Shown here: one piece after another, positions 27,535 through 39,839 of the stretch | Position numbering within the stretch: the stretch's first letter is position 1 | Layout: each line of letters starts with the position of its first letter | NCBI GenBank assembly: GCA_951406725.2 | Contig: OX597818.1 | Coordinates: 136,152,001-136,216,000, forward strand | Source: Octopus vulgaris | Lineage: Eukaryota | Length of the DNA: 64,000 nucleotides | Direction of reading: 5' to 3' | Position numbers and translations under genes: made by a program | Notes under the pieces: model-generated | What the model was told of the DNA's origin: nothing | Seen by the model: the letters and a program-made list of their open reading frames with translations, nothing else | Databases searched by the model: none

Positions 27535-27960
27535 TTTAACCCCAGGTCAACCCTGATTGAGCAGAACTTTGACCTGAAGTATTCTGGCCATGACCATCCC
27601 TTAATTTTTAAGAGTATATGGGACTGCATTATCTAAAATCTACTTTTTTTAAGGCAATACAGTGTGATTTGAGGTAGATTCAACTGTTATTTCTAGTAAG
27701 TTGCTCAACTTCATGAAGGCTGTCTTGGTTTGCTTTTTGTGTTAGACCTGAAAGCAGTTGCTTTTAGCTCAAGGTCAGCCATGTTCAAGCAGACCTGTTG
27801 CTAAAAGCAATCCAACAATGACCATCCCATCTTTTTGCATATCTGGAACTATTTTGTCCAAAATGTCCTTTCTGTTTTATGATTGTAGAATGTGATTAGA
27901 AAAAATTTAATTGCTATTCCTATTGAGTCAAATAACCTCATAAATGCTCCCTTACTGATC
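27535..27960. repeat. Two tandem, old copies of an unclassified repeat (also ~30725-30850)
   Basis: Repeated GGTCA..GCAGA..ATGACCATCCC...TGTGATT...TATTTCTA modules. Confidence 0.5.
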
Positions 27961-28084
27961 TTAAAGAGGTTAGTTTACAACCTACATTGTAACCCTACCA
28001 ATAGTATGTGAATTTTGTCCCATTATTTCATACCAAAGACAGCTCTTAATTGTCTGGTAATTTCCTGTTCTCAGCTTGTAAGTT

Positions 28085-28528
28085 AAATTAGTGCACATAT
28101 GAGGAATAAAACCTCACCTATCTCTTAGTAAAATTAGTGCACATATGAGGAATAAAACCTCACCTATCTCTTAGTAAAATTAGTGCACATATGAGGAATA
28201 AAACCTCATCTATCTCTTAGTAAAATTAGTGCACATATGAGGAATAAAACCTCACCTATCTCTTAGTAAAATTAGTGCACATATGAGGAATAAAACCTCA
28301 CCTATCTCTTAGTAAAATTAGTCCACATATGAGAAATAAAACCTCACCTATCCCTTAGTAAAACTGGTGTACATATAAGGAATAAAAGTCACTTGTATCC
28401 TAGTAAAATTAGCATATGTATAGAGAATATAACTTATCTGTCCCCAAGTAAATATGGTGCACATATAGGAAATAAAATTCACCATCCCCTAGTAAAATTG
28501 GTGTACGTATACAGGAATAAAAACCATC
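28085..28528. repeat. 46-bp minisatellite, about 9-10 units
   Basis: Unit AAATTAGTGCACATATGAGGAATAAAACCTCACCTATCTCTTAGTA, no spacers, degenerating rightwards. Confidence 0.95.
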
Positions 28529-29041
28529 TTTGTAGTCACATAAATTTTCTTGAATTTCCCATCTTCCATTTTAAACATGCACTATTTCTTCTACAATTGA
28601 AATATCTGTCAAGTTATGGCAATTTAATAAATGGCAGTATAAATCTTTATTGTTTTATGTGAAAAATATTTGCCTCTTTTGTGGCATTCCACATTAGTTT
28701 CCTTTCATGTTTTGAAAATAATTAAATTTTTCTACAAGAAATACAGCTGTTTTCTTTTAACAATTATAATACAGTGTATGAGATTATATTGAGGAAACTA
28801 GCAGACAAAAAGTGCAGGAAGTCTATTTAAGATTTAATAAGTGCAATGCTCTTCTGTTTAGGTCAAGACAGCTCTTGGAGTTTGCGGTTATCTGAATTAG
28901 TTAATGCATGCACATATATGTGTTCTGTGCAGATGTATATTGTGTATGTGTTTGCATATGAATAAACCTGCATTCATGAGTGCGTGTGTCACAATAGAAC
29001 ATGAGTGTGTGTGTTTCGTTAGTTTGTATGTGTGTGAATAT

Positions 29042-29430
29042 GTGGTGGAAGCACTCCGTCGGTTACGACGATGAGGGTTCCGGTTGATCCGAATCAACGG
29101 AACAGCCTGCTCGTGAAATTAACGTGTAAGTGGCTGAGCACTCCACAGACATGTGTACCCTTAACGTAGTTCTCGGGGATATTCAGCGTGACACAGAGAG
29201 TGACAAGGCCGGCCCCTTTGAAATACAGGTACAACAGAAACAGGAAGTAAGAGTGAGAGAAAGTTGTGGTGAAAGAGTACAGCAGGGATCACCACCATCC
29301 CCTGCCGGAGCCTCGTGGAGCTTTTAGGTGTTTTCGCTCAATAAACACTCACAACGCCCGGTCTGGGAATCGAAACCGCGATCCTAAGACCGCGAGTCCG
29401 CTGCCCTAACCACTGGGCCATTGCGCCTCC
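29042..29430 (-). mobile_element. SINE family A, full length
   Basis: TSD TGTGTGAATAT at 29031-29041 and 29431-29441. Confidence 0.92.
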
Positions 29431-29702
29431 TGTGTGAATATATATTCCATATGTATAAGTAACTGTGTGCTTCTTTACTCAGGAACCTTAAATTGAGAAT
29501 CCCTGAAATGCTATGCAAATTTCATGTTTTCCTAAATAATTGCATCTGGAGAATGCAAATCAGCCTAGTCTGCCCTTTTTTGGAGAGCCTGAGCATTTTT
29601 TAAGGTTTCTATGCCGATCTGTTGCATTTATGATAATAGGAACAAATGAAAATCTGTAACCTGAGTACAAGAGCTGTAAGTTTCTCATCAGTTTTCCATA
29701 GA

Positions 29703-30109
29703 GGCACAGGAGTGGCTGTGTGGTAAGTAGCTTGTTTACCAACCACATGGTTCCGGGTTCAGTCCCACTGCATGGCACCTTGGGCAAGTGTCTTCTACTA
29801 TAGCCTCGGGCTGACCAAAGCCTTGTGAGTGGATTTGGTAGACGGAAACTGAAAGAAGCCCGTCGTATATATGTATATATATATATATGCGTGTGTGTGT
29901 TTGTGTGTCTGTGTTTGTCCCCCTAGCAATGCTTGACAACCGATGGTGGTGTGTTTATGTCCCCGTTACTTAGCGGTTCAGCAAAAGAGACTGATAGGAT
30001 AAGTACTGGGCTTACAAAAGAATAAGTCACGGGGTCGAGTTGCTCGATTAAAGGCTGTGCTCCAGCATGGCTGCAGTCAAATGACTGAAACAAGTAAAAG
30101 AGTAAAGAG
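29703..30109 (+). mobile_element. SINE family B, full length
   Basis: Near-identical to 3477-3883. Confidence 0.92.
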
Positions 30110-30129
30110 ATATTCCCCAACTTTTGAAT

Positions 30130-30610
30130 AGACATTCTCATCCACAGGGCAGCTGATCTCTACAGTGGTGCATGACCTTTCCTCCCTGCGCCATACAGCT
30201 ATATCTGGTCCTTTGTATTTACACCAGGTTACTGTTTTTATTGGAATGTTCCAATAGTATTTTTTATTTTTAAAAATGTGGATACTTTCTGTTCTGGTGT
30301 ACTTTTAGTATGGCAATCGGGACAATCCTTCTTGCAATACAGCACTGTAGACCATCTTTGCAACAATGCCATGTTTCTGAGAGAGGTAGTATTTTGAGGA
30401 CATTTTTGGACAGGTACTGATATGAATGACACCTTGCATCCTGCTATGGCATAATCAACATTTCCTATCACAGTGTCGAGGGTTTAGAGATATCCTTATC
30501 CCTTTTGTTGATCAGGTATTTAGTTGCTATTTCCTGTTCCATTATAGCAAATGAACAGCCTTCTAGGTGAGATGTAATATATTTATAATCACAGGTCTTA
30601 GAGAGGCTGG
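30130..30610 (-). mobile_element. R4/Dong-type (RLE) LINE fragment
   Basis: TSHLEGCSFAIMEQEIATKYLINKR followed by a broken CCHC-like region. Confidence 0.6.
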
Positions 30611-32569
30611 TATTTCTTATTTCTTTATTGCCCACAAGGGGATAAACATAGAGGGGACAAATAAGGACAGACAAAGGGATTAAGTCGATTACATTGACCC
30701 AGTGCATAACTGGTACTTAATTTGGCCATCCCATCTTTTTCTCACAAATGTACCAAATGAATACATTTTCCAATGTCTCCTTCCTTTTATTTTTATATTT
30801 TTAATGGCTGTGAGATTTGGTTGCTATTTCTAGCATGTTCCCTTACTGGCTTGTATTGCTAAATATTGAAATCAGCAGTAAATTATATATGTATAATTTA
30901 ATACTTAAATCTTCTCATTAGTCTGTCTTAATGGTAATGAGTTGATCAACATATATAGTGATAATTACTGTCCTGTAGGACTTCTAATATAATAAATGCA
31001 AAAACTAATTTCTGTGTGTCAGTGTATCACACTTTGACCTGCTCTCTCACTATTCAATGGCTTGTACTATTTGTCATGTTGGGGTGGGAGTAATTATAGG
31101 AATAAAGATGGTGAGGGCAGTGGTGAAGAGGGAGAGAGAGAGAGAGAGAGAGAAATAGAGGGAGAGAAAGAGAGACAAAGAAATTTAGGGAGAAATGATG
31201 ATGTTTTATTAAAAGTAATAGTGTTGATGGTGGCAGTGGGGGTAATAATAAGAGAGAGTGAGAGAGGTGGGTATGTGAGAGAGGTGGGTATGTGAGAGAA
31301 AGAGGGACTGAACACTGAACCAACATACTGAACTAACTTTGGATGAACAAACACACATTTAGCCTTTTTGTGATGGTAATGAGGTCACAGTAATAGTATG
31401 ATCTGTGGTTGCGATAGAAGAGGAGGTGGTGGTGATGATGGTGGTAGTAGCCAAGGTGGTCAGGAATGACAGTAAGAGTAAGTGATATGAAAGACAATGG
31501 TGATGGTATTGGAAGGGAAGGCAGTGAAGTCAAAGGTATTGATGGTGGTGGCATCAGAAGTCTGAAGGATGTGCGTATGGCAGATGTGGTGGCGATGGTG
31601 GTGGTACTGTTGTTTAACATGCAGCTTTGCAATAAATTCCAAGTCGACAAATTATATAATTGTTTTGATGAAAATTGTTCATTGCTTGACAAATATTGTT
31701 CAAGTATAATAAAATTTAATATGTACTCAATGCATGAAGTGTCATTGTTGTGCTCAAGGGCTAATAAAGAGCCCTCCACAGGAGCTTGCTTAAAAGCTGC
31801 CCTATCAGGTGGCTTTTAAGCTAGTTATAAATAACCCTTTCTGATTAACATGGCATCTGTTTTATCCTTGTATTAAAAGCATTCAATATTTCTCTATGTC
31901 TGTCTCTGTCTATATCAGTCTCTCTGGCTGTCTATGTCAGTCTGTCTGTCTGTATGTCTGTCTGTCTGTCTGTGTCTTTCTTTCTGTGTGTATGTGTGTG
32001 TGTGTGTGTGTCTGTCTGTCTGTCTCTTTCTCACTATGAGAGTGTGTCTTTCTCTGTGTCTCTATCTGTTTGTATCTGTCTCTCTTTCTCTCTCTCTGTC
32101 TGTGTCTCTCTCCCCTCTCCCTAGTGTAATGAATTTACTATGCTGACGTACCCCAATATTTAAATGGTAACCACCCTCATGTAGATAAACCATGTTCAGT
32201 TTCAAACCACAACTATTGAATCTTAAATTAATCTTAAATAAATAAGAATAATAATAATAATTATAATTTCTGAAATTGTTTCAAAGTTTCAACTAGAAAC
32301 TTGAATCTTGTCTATAATTAATTTTATTAACCTTTTTACTAGTAATTAATTGATAATTGCTTCATTTGCCTTGGAGGAATAAAAAGACAAAGTTGATTTC
32401 ACTGAAATTTTTAATAGGAAAAATAGAACACTTTACTTTTTTAGAAGTCTTGATTCTGTTTTCATGATGATGATGATGGTGGTGGAAAGGAGAGGAGGGG
32501 GAGTAAGAGGAGGAAAGAAGAAGAAGAAGAAGAAGAAGAAGAAGAAGAAGAAGAAGAAGAAGAAGACTT

Positions 32570-33870
32570 GCATAGAAACAAGGCTACTAATTTGGAGAGT
32601 GGGGTTAATTGATTAAATCAACCATTAGTACTTCATTGGTGTTTTGTTTTATTGACTCCTAGAAGGAGGAAAGATAAAGCTGACTTTGGTAGTATTTGAA
32701 CTCAGAATGTAAAGAGCCAGAACAAATATCCCAAGACATTTCTTTTGATGCTCTAACAAATTTGCCAATCTACCATGCTAATAATGATGATGATGATTAT
32801 GATGATTTCAAATTTTGGCACAAGGCTAGCAATTTCAGGGCAAGGGTTGTTAAGTTGATTACATTGACCCAAGTGCTTGACTGGTACTTAATTTATCAAC
32901 CCCAAAAGGAAGAAAGGAAAAATCAGCCCCAGTTGAATTTGAACTCAGTATGCATTGACAGACAAAATACTGCTGAGCATTTTGCCCGTTGTGCTAATGA
33001 TTCTGCCTGCTTGCCACCTTAATAATAATAATAATAATGTACTGCCAAGAGATCAACATATCATCATGAAAGAAAGAGAAAAGGTTGATAAATATAAAGA
33101 CCTGAGAACTGGGATCATTAAGATGAGGCAGCTACAAGAGTCAAACATAAAGGTTATCCCTATTGTCATTGGAGCATTGGGTCCAATACTACCCAATTTG
33201 AAAAAAACATCTGAAAACTTTAGAAATACCTTACAATCTAGATGTATTGCAGAAGTTGGCATTACTTGGAACTGCATGCATATTGCGTAAAGTATTGTCT
33301 GTCTGAGGTCCTTGTTGTGACTTGACAAACAGTACAAATCCATGGAAGACACAATATCTGCAATCAACAATCTCACAATTTTGTATACTGTGCGACATAA
33401 TAATAATAATAATAATAATTCTTTCTACTATGGGCACAAAACCTGAATTTTGAGTGTGTGCGGGGTTAAGTTGATCACATCGACTCCAGTACATGACTGG
33501 CACTTAATTTATCGACCCCCTAAAGGATGAAAGGCAAAGTCGACCTTGGTGGAATTTGATCTCACAACATAAAGATGGGTGATATACTGCTAAACATTTT
33601 GCCTGGCATGCTAATGATTCTGCCAGTTCGCCTTAATAATAATAATAATAATAATCCTTTCTACTAAAGGCAAAATGCCTGAAATTTGTGGGGATGAGGT
33701 AAGTTAATCACATCGACCCCAGTACTTGACTGGTACTTAATTTATTGATGCCAAAAGGATGAAAGGCAAAGTTGACCTCAGCGGAATTTGAACTGAGAAT
33801 ATAGTGATAGCGAAATACTGCTAAGCATTTTGTCCAGTGTGCTAATGATTCTGCCAGCTTGCTACCTTAT
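32570..33870 (-). mobile_element. Cluster of four degenerate SINE family C copies around an R4/Dong 3' fragment (33040-33397, + strand)
   Basis: Repeated ACTGGTACTTAATTTATCGACCCC..AAAGGATGAAAGGCAAAG modules separated by (TAA)n; KEREKVDKYKDL...VIPIVIGALG. Confidence 0.75.
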
Positions 33871-33874
33871 TATA

Positions 33875-33911
<37 letters not shown>

Positions 33912-33916
<5 letters not shown>

Positions 33917-34991
33917 GAGTGGAAAACCAAATTATACTCAAGTAATATATTCCTTGGAGAAGTTAATATTAAAAGGGGAATCTTCCAAGGTGATTTGTTT
34001 TCTCTGTTACTTTTGTAATTGCACTAATGCCCATAGCAATGACACTTAGGAAAGTTAAGATGGGTTACCGCTGTGGAAAGAAAGGCCCATCATTGAACCA
34101 TCTTCTGTTTATGAATGACCTGAAATTGTTTGGGAGATCTGAAAAACAGATAGATTCCTTAACCAAAACAGTCCAGAAGTGTGGTAAGGACATTGGTATG
34201 GAATTTGGGATTACCAAAATGATGGCTGTGGATGACTAAAAGTGATTTAAAGCTGGAAACAGAGGCTTTAATCTGTGCTGCCCAAGAGCAAGCACTAAGA
34301 ACAAGCTACATAAAATACAGAATAGCCAACACAGCAGAAAGTGATTAGTGCAGAATCTGTAGATAAAACGGTGAAACTGTATGGCATATTACCAGCCAAT
34401 GTATGCCACTGGGCCAGAAGGAATATAAGAGACACCTGACAGGATAGCCAGGCTTGTCCATTGCATACTCTGCAACAAGTATGGACTTGACAGAGCCAAA
34501 AATTGGTATGACCACAAACCTGAAAGCATTGTCGAAAATAGAAATGCAAAGATCCTATGGGATTTTATGATACAGTGTGACCATGAGATAGAAGATAGGA
34601 AGCTGGACATAGTCTTAATTGAGAAAGAAAACAAACTATGCTGGATCATAGATATAGTATACCCAGCTGGCAACAAGGTATGCAATAAGGAAGAAAGAAA
34701 AGTTGAGAGATATGACAGGCTAGCTTGGGAAGTTAAGCAGTTGTTGATGAAAAAGGTAGCAGTAGTACCAATAATTGTCAGAGCCCTGAGAACAGTGAGC
34801 AAAAATCTTGAGAAGTACATGGAACAAATAAGGGCTGCAATAAGGGTGGAGCACTTGCAGAAAACAGCGCTGCTTGGAACCACTCAAATACTACAGAAGG
34901 TGCTCGAAAAATATGAGGTGTTACCTTAGATCACTGGTAGTTAACAGCTGACACCGTAGTACATCTCCAGCATTAGAAGCTGTGCAAAGGC

Positions 34992-34992
<1 letters not shown>
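33912..34992 (+). mobile_element. R4/Dong-clade LINE relic (RT + CCHC + restriction-like endonuclease), internally deleted, in (TAA)n
   Basis: KRGIFQGD, NHLLFMNDLKLFG, ILWDFMIQCDHEIEDRKLDIVLIEKENKLCWIIDI; (TAA)n on both sides. Confidence 0.85.
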
Positions 34993-35051
<59 letters not shown>

Positions 35052-35139
35052 CAACAATAATTAATAATGATAACAATAATAACAATAATAATAATAATAA
35101 CAATAATAATAATAACAACAACAACAACAATAATAATCC

Positions 35140-35495
35140 ATCATACACATAATAAATTCCTGTAGCCCTTTGGCACAGAAAGATTATAGACATAGACATG
35201 ACTGTGTGGCTAAGGCGCTACACTGGGACATATTACAGCAAAGAGTATTTAAAGGTGGAAGAAATTGGTATGAACATCAACCAGAAAGTGTAATAGAGAA
35301 TGACCAATATGTAATTTTAAGGGATTTTAATGTACAGACAGACTGATTACAAAATTCATGCCAGGTTACCAGATATTATGGTTCTTGCCAAGGGGAAACA
35401 AGAGTGTACCATTATAGATGTGGATATATCTGTGGACATGAATGTAGTAGTCAAAGAACAGGAAAAAATAGGAAAATACCAAGTTTTGATATTTC
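35140..35495 (+). mobile_element. Further R4/Dong endonuclease fragment
   Basis: RHDCVAKALHWDIL...WYEHQPESVIEND...PDIMVL...IIDV. Confidence 0.7.
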
Positions 35496-35642
35496 AAATT
35501 TAACCTCAACATAATTTGAACTCAGTTTATGGAAATATGAAGTTGAGTTTTGAGAAGCATCTAGTGTGGTGCATTACTGCTTCAGGCATTCCGCAAATAA
35601 TGATTAACTCTATGGAAACCTTTCAAGATAATTATACTGCAG

Positions 35643-35700
35643 GACTTCAAGGAAATGTGTTTTAGTGAAGAAGCACATGAAACGGAATAACTATTGGAAA
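35643..35700 (+). other. Candidate small host exon
   Basis: CTGCAG|...TGGAAA|GTAAGT; one open frame TSRKCVLVKKHMKRNNYWK; weak pyrimidine tract. Confidence 0.2.
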
Positions 35701-35988
35701 GTAAGTATCTCATTTATTGGCATCAGCTCAAGAAATGGTCACAATAATGGTTATTTTGAAGGAGTAAAATCAGAAACATTGGAATGATATATGCTTTTTT
35801 GAACTGTGTGAGCAGATCAAAAACAGTTTCTCTCAAATATTAGGAATATCATGGCTCATGATGGCAGTGTTTTGGCTTATGTATGCATAAGAAATATTAA
35901 CACAGTAATTACATCTATCTATTATCTATATAATATTATACATCCATCATATGATATATGTGTGTATGTGTGTGTGTACATATATATA

Positions 35989-36025
<37 letters not shown>

Positions 36026-36027
<2 letters not shown>

Positions 36028-36789
36028 GAGCTACAAATGGATATTTTTTGTAAGTAAAATTACATTTAATTCATTAATAGCGAAACAATTGTCCCAAAAT
36101 AATCTGTATTTTGTTATTTTTTATTTGCCCTGTCCGTGTGAGCTAACAATCGTACTGACTTTCATGGTAAGCATGTATTTTCGTGGTTGAAACCTTTTGG
36201 ATTAACTGGTGCTAGAGTGAGCAATATAGTGACCACTCTCTTATATTTATTTTGTAAAAATATTGTAATATGTTATAAAATATTATAATAATCCAGGTTT
36301 CTCGAAGCACTAGGCCACTTGGTATTGAATAAATATACTATTAAATTAGTATCTAATTCTCTCACCCTTATTAATTAATTATAATTATGCTGCATTTATT
36401 TCTAAATGCTGTATTTGTTTTCCGTGAAAGTTTGGCGCGCTGTTGGTTGGGGCATTTGAATTATAACGTCGGATGTAATCAATTGAACCACACGCGTATT
36501 TATCGTTATGGTAAAATCTGGCGTGTGATTGAGTGGATTTCATCCAGATAGTCTTGGCTGACGAGCTACAAATGGATATTTTTTGTAAGTAAAATTACAT
36601 TTAATTCATTAATAGCGAAACAATTGTCCCAAAATAATCTGTATTTTGTTATTTTTTATTTGCCCTGTCCGTGTGAGCTAACAATCGTACTGACTTTCAT
36701 GGTAAGCATGTATTTTCGTGGTTGAAACCTTTTGGATTAACTGGTGCTAGAGTGAGCAATATAGTGACCACTCTCTTATATTTATTTTA
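36026..36789 (+). mobile_element. Second locus of the 535-bp HHR element (~1.4 tandem units) in (TA)n
   Basis: ACGAGCTACA at 36026 and 36561; reverse complement of the 2179-2878 unit with few differences; same 3' end. Confidence 0.88.
36552..36634 (+). ncRNA. Type I hammerhead ribozyme
   Basis: TCTTGG-CTGACGA-GCTA...TAGC-GAAA-CAATTG-TC^CCAAAA; predicted cleavage after 36628. Confidence 0.85.
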
Positions 36790-36969
36790 TATATGTAATA
36801 TATATATCTATAAGATATATAATATATATCATATGATATATGTGTGTATATATATATATATATAATATTATATGTATATCATATGACATATATATATAAT
36901 ATCATACATATATATATATATATATATATATCTCATATGATACATATATCATATTACCATATGATAATA

Positions 36970-37007
<38 letters not shown>

Positions 37008-37573
37008 TTGTATGCATATATATTTGCTTCTCAACCACATGACTCTGGGTTCAGTCACATTGTGCACCACCTTGGGCAAGTGTCTTTTATTATCATCCTG
37101 GGCTGAACAAAGTCGTGTGAGTGGATTTGGTTGACAGAAGCTGAAAGAAACCTGTTGAACAGTCCACAATTTTATAATCTTGCACTGAACACCTTAAACC
37201 ACTGGGTACGATGCCTTTACAGCAATGTAAAGGCATAGTTCTGGGAGCTGTCACCAACAAGGGCGATGTCATACCTCCTCACACTTTTTCTCAGTGCTTA
37301 AGAGTCAATGCTGATCTCTACACAGAGGTCCTGGAGAAAGTTGTGAGGCCTTGTATAAATATATATATATATCTATCTCTCTGTCTATCTATATATCACA
37401 GTATTGAACACACTATTGAGTGTTGTTACATACCACTGGTCACAATGTGCTTCACATTGTTTTAGCTTTCAAATGATGCCACCCCACTGGTTTGGTAGGC
37501 AGGTCAACATTCTCTCTTAACAGAACACCACTCCACTGCAGGGTTACCCATTGCAGCTGAGTATGTGTATGAG

Positions 37574-37610
<37 letters not shown>

Positions 37611-37612
<2 letters not shown>

Positions 37613-38113
37613 GAGAAGACCTGGCAAGACCAGTGAGAACAGTCAAAATCAAACCAAATCAACATCAGTGGAAATTGAAGCTGTGGTTAAGCGAACCATC
37701 CGATCGTTTGTCCGTTGCCAGCCTCGCCTGGCCCCTGTGCCGTTGGCACGTAAAAGCACCATCCGCTCGTGTCCGTTGCCAGCCTCGCCTGGACCCCGTG
37801 CTGATAGCACGTAAAAGCACCATCCGTTCGTGTCCGTTGCCAGCCTCGCCTGGCCCCCGTGCCAGTGGCACGTAAAAACACCATCCGTTCGTGGCCGTTT
37901 GCCAGCTCTGTCTGGCACCTGTGCAGGTGGCACATAAAAAGCACCCACTACACTTACGGAGTGGTTGGCGTTAGGAAGGGCATCCAGCCGTAGAAACACT
38001 GCCAAATCTGGCTGGGCCTGATGAAGCCTTCCGGCTTCACAGACCCCAGTTGAACCGTCCAACCCATGCTAGCATGGAAAACGGACGCTAAATGATGATG
38101 ATGATGATGATGA
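37611..38113 (+). mobile_element. RTE-clade LINE 3' end / RTE-associated repeat (family D) with four ~61-bp tandem units
   Basis: GAGAAGACCTGGCAAG (RTE ORF end-like), repeated TTGCCAGC..GGCACGTAAAAGCACC, GGAAGGGCATCCAGCCG, (GAT)n tail. Confidence 0.75.
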
Positions 38114-38139
38114 TATATATATATATATACCTTTTATCA

Positions 38140-38470
38140 TTTATTTTTTACTTCTTTGAGTCATTTGATTGTGGCTATACTGGGGCACTACCTTAGAGAA
38201 TTTTTTAGTTGAACGAATTAATCCCAGGGCTTATTTTTAAAACCTGATTCTTAATCTATTCTCTTTTTGCTGAACTGCCAAGTTCGGAGATGTAAACACA
38301 CCAGCACTGACTATCAAGCAGTAGTAGTGGACAAACACAGACGCAAACACACACAACAGGTTTCTTTCAGTTTCTGCCTGCCAAATCCACTTACAAGGCT
38401 TTGATCAGCCTAAGGCTATAGTAGAAGACACTCCAAGTGCCACACACTGGGACTGAACCTGGAACTATGC
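38140..38470 (-). mobile_element. Degenerate SINE family B
   Basis: CpG-eroded match to family B. Confidence 0.7.
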
Positions 38471-38483
38471 CTATATAGTATTG

Positions 38484-38515
<32 letters not shown>

Positions 38516-39491
38516 ATTCAAAGGACTGAAATACCTGCTGTCTTGCTGTAATCAAGAAGACCCATCCTCTACAACAGAAGTGTTAAGGCTGCTTCCCTTG
38601 GTGAACAGGATTGGTCTGCAAGACTCCAGTGCTGGTTGACATTAAAAGCACCCAGCACACACTGTAAAGTGATTGGTGTTAGGAGGAGCATCCATCCATA
38701 GAAACCAAGCCAAATTAAACTGGAACCTGGTGTAGCTCTCTAGCATGCCAGCTCTAGTCAATTTGTCCAACCCATGCCAGAATGATACCACACTAATTAT
38801 GTATTAAAATAGTAAGCTTTTCTGTATTAACACAACAATGACTGATTTATAACCACAGAAATATTGCTATATCACTTAGGTAAATATTTGAATTATATTA
38901 CAGCAGAAAACTTGGAATACATATTGGTGTATGATCTCTTATATATGACAAAATTCAATTTAAAATTTTACCCTGTAAATATCGCTATCTTATTTCTACT
39001 GTAAGTATATGATATTACTATATTAAGTAGTGATGTATTGCCAAGGAAATAGTTTATATAATACCACTCTATACTTACATATATGCAGAGAGACAGGTTG
39101 GCAGGCAAGCCAAGGGGATCAAATAAATTTTGGTAAATTAACTTAGAAGTATCTCCATGTACCTTTGGCTAAACAGATTACTCTGGAAAATGTATTCCAG
39201 CTAATTCAGTTGGTCAGTTCAGTGAGAATGACATCTAATATGTTACAGACTCGTATTTGGAACAAACCATGCTATCAAAATGCTTGTAGTGATGTTTTGT
39301 ATACTATTAGAATATATATTTACACACACACACACATGCACACACACACACACACACACGCATGCACACGCACATGTGTATGTGTGGCCTGCCCTTTAAC
39401 CAAGAGAATGGCATCATTCAAAAGCTAAAACAATGTGAAGTGCACTGTAACCAGTGGTGTATAGCAGAATGTGATAGTCTGGTTGATACCA

Positions 39492-39527
<36 letters not shown>

Positions 39528-39530
<3 letters not shown>

Positions 39531-39800
39531 TAGTTGAATGAATTATCATAGTATGGATAATTCGGTTAACCGATACCCGGGTAGCAAATTCACGTCAAAA
39601 AAACACGGTTGAAGCTACATGCCAAGGGCAGAGATCACGTGCTTTCGTGTGGAAATTTGTGTGTTTTTTTTAATACAAATAAATGAAAGAATGGAGTTGA
39701 ATGATGATTTAACAAAATTCCTTTATTCTCGACATATGTTTCGAAGACTGCATATTCCTAATTTCGAAGGAATAAGGGGTGCATTATGCCGCCTTCTCAT

Positions 39801-39801
<1 letters not shown>
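39528..39801 (-). mobile_element. PLE pLTR fragment with a 5'-clipped HHR (39725-39801)
   Basis: Minus strand GATGA-GAAGGC.GCATA...TATGC.GTCTTC-GAAA-CATATG-TC; flanked by (TA)n. Confidence 0.65.

Positions 39802-39839
<38 letters not shown>

Noticed and set aside
28085-28528. CRISPR-like array
   Set aside because: Units are contiguous with no unique spacers, there are no cas genes, and the context is eukaryotic
37695-37945. CRISPR-like repeat-spacer pattern
   Set aside because: Whole 61-bp units are homologous; part of a retroposon
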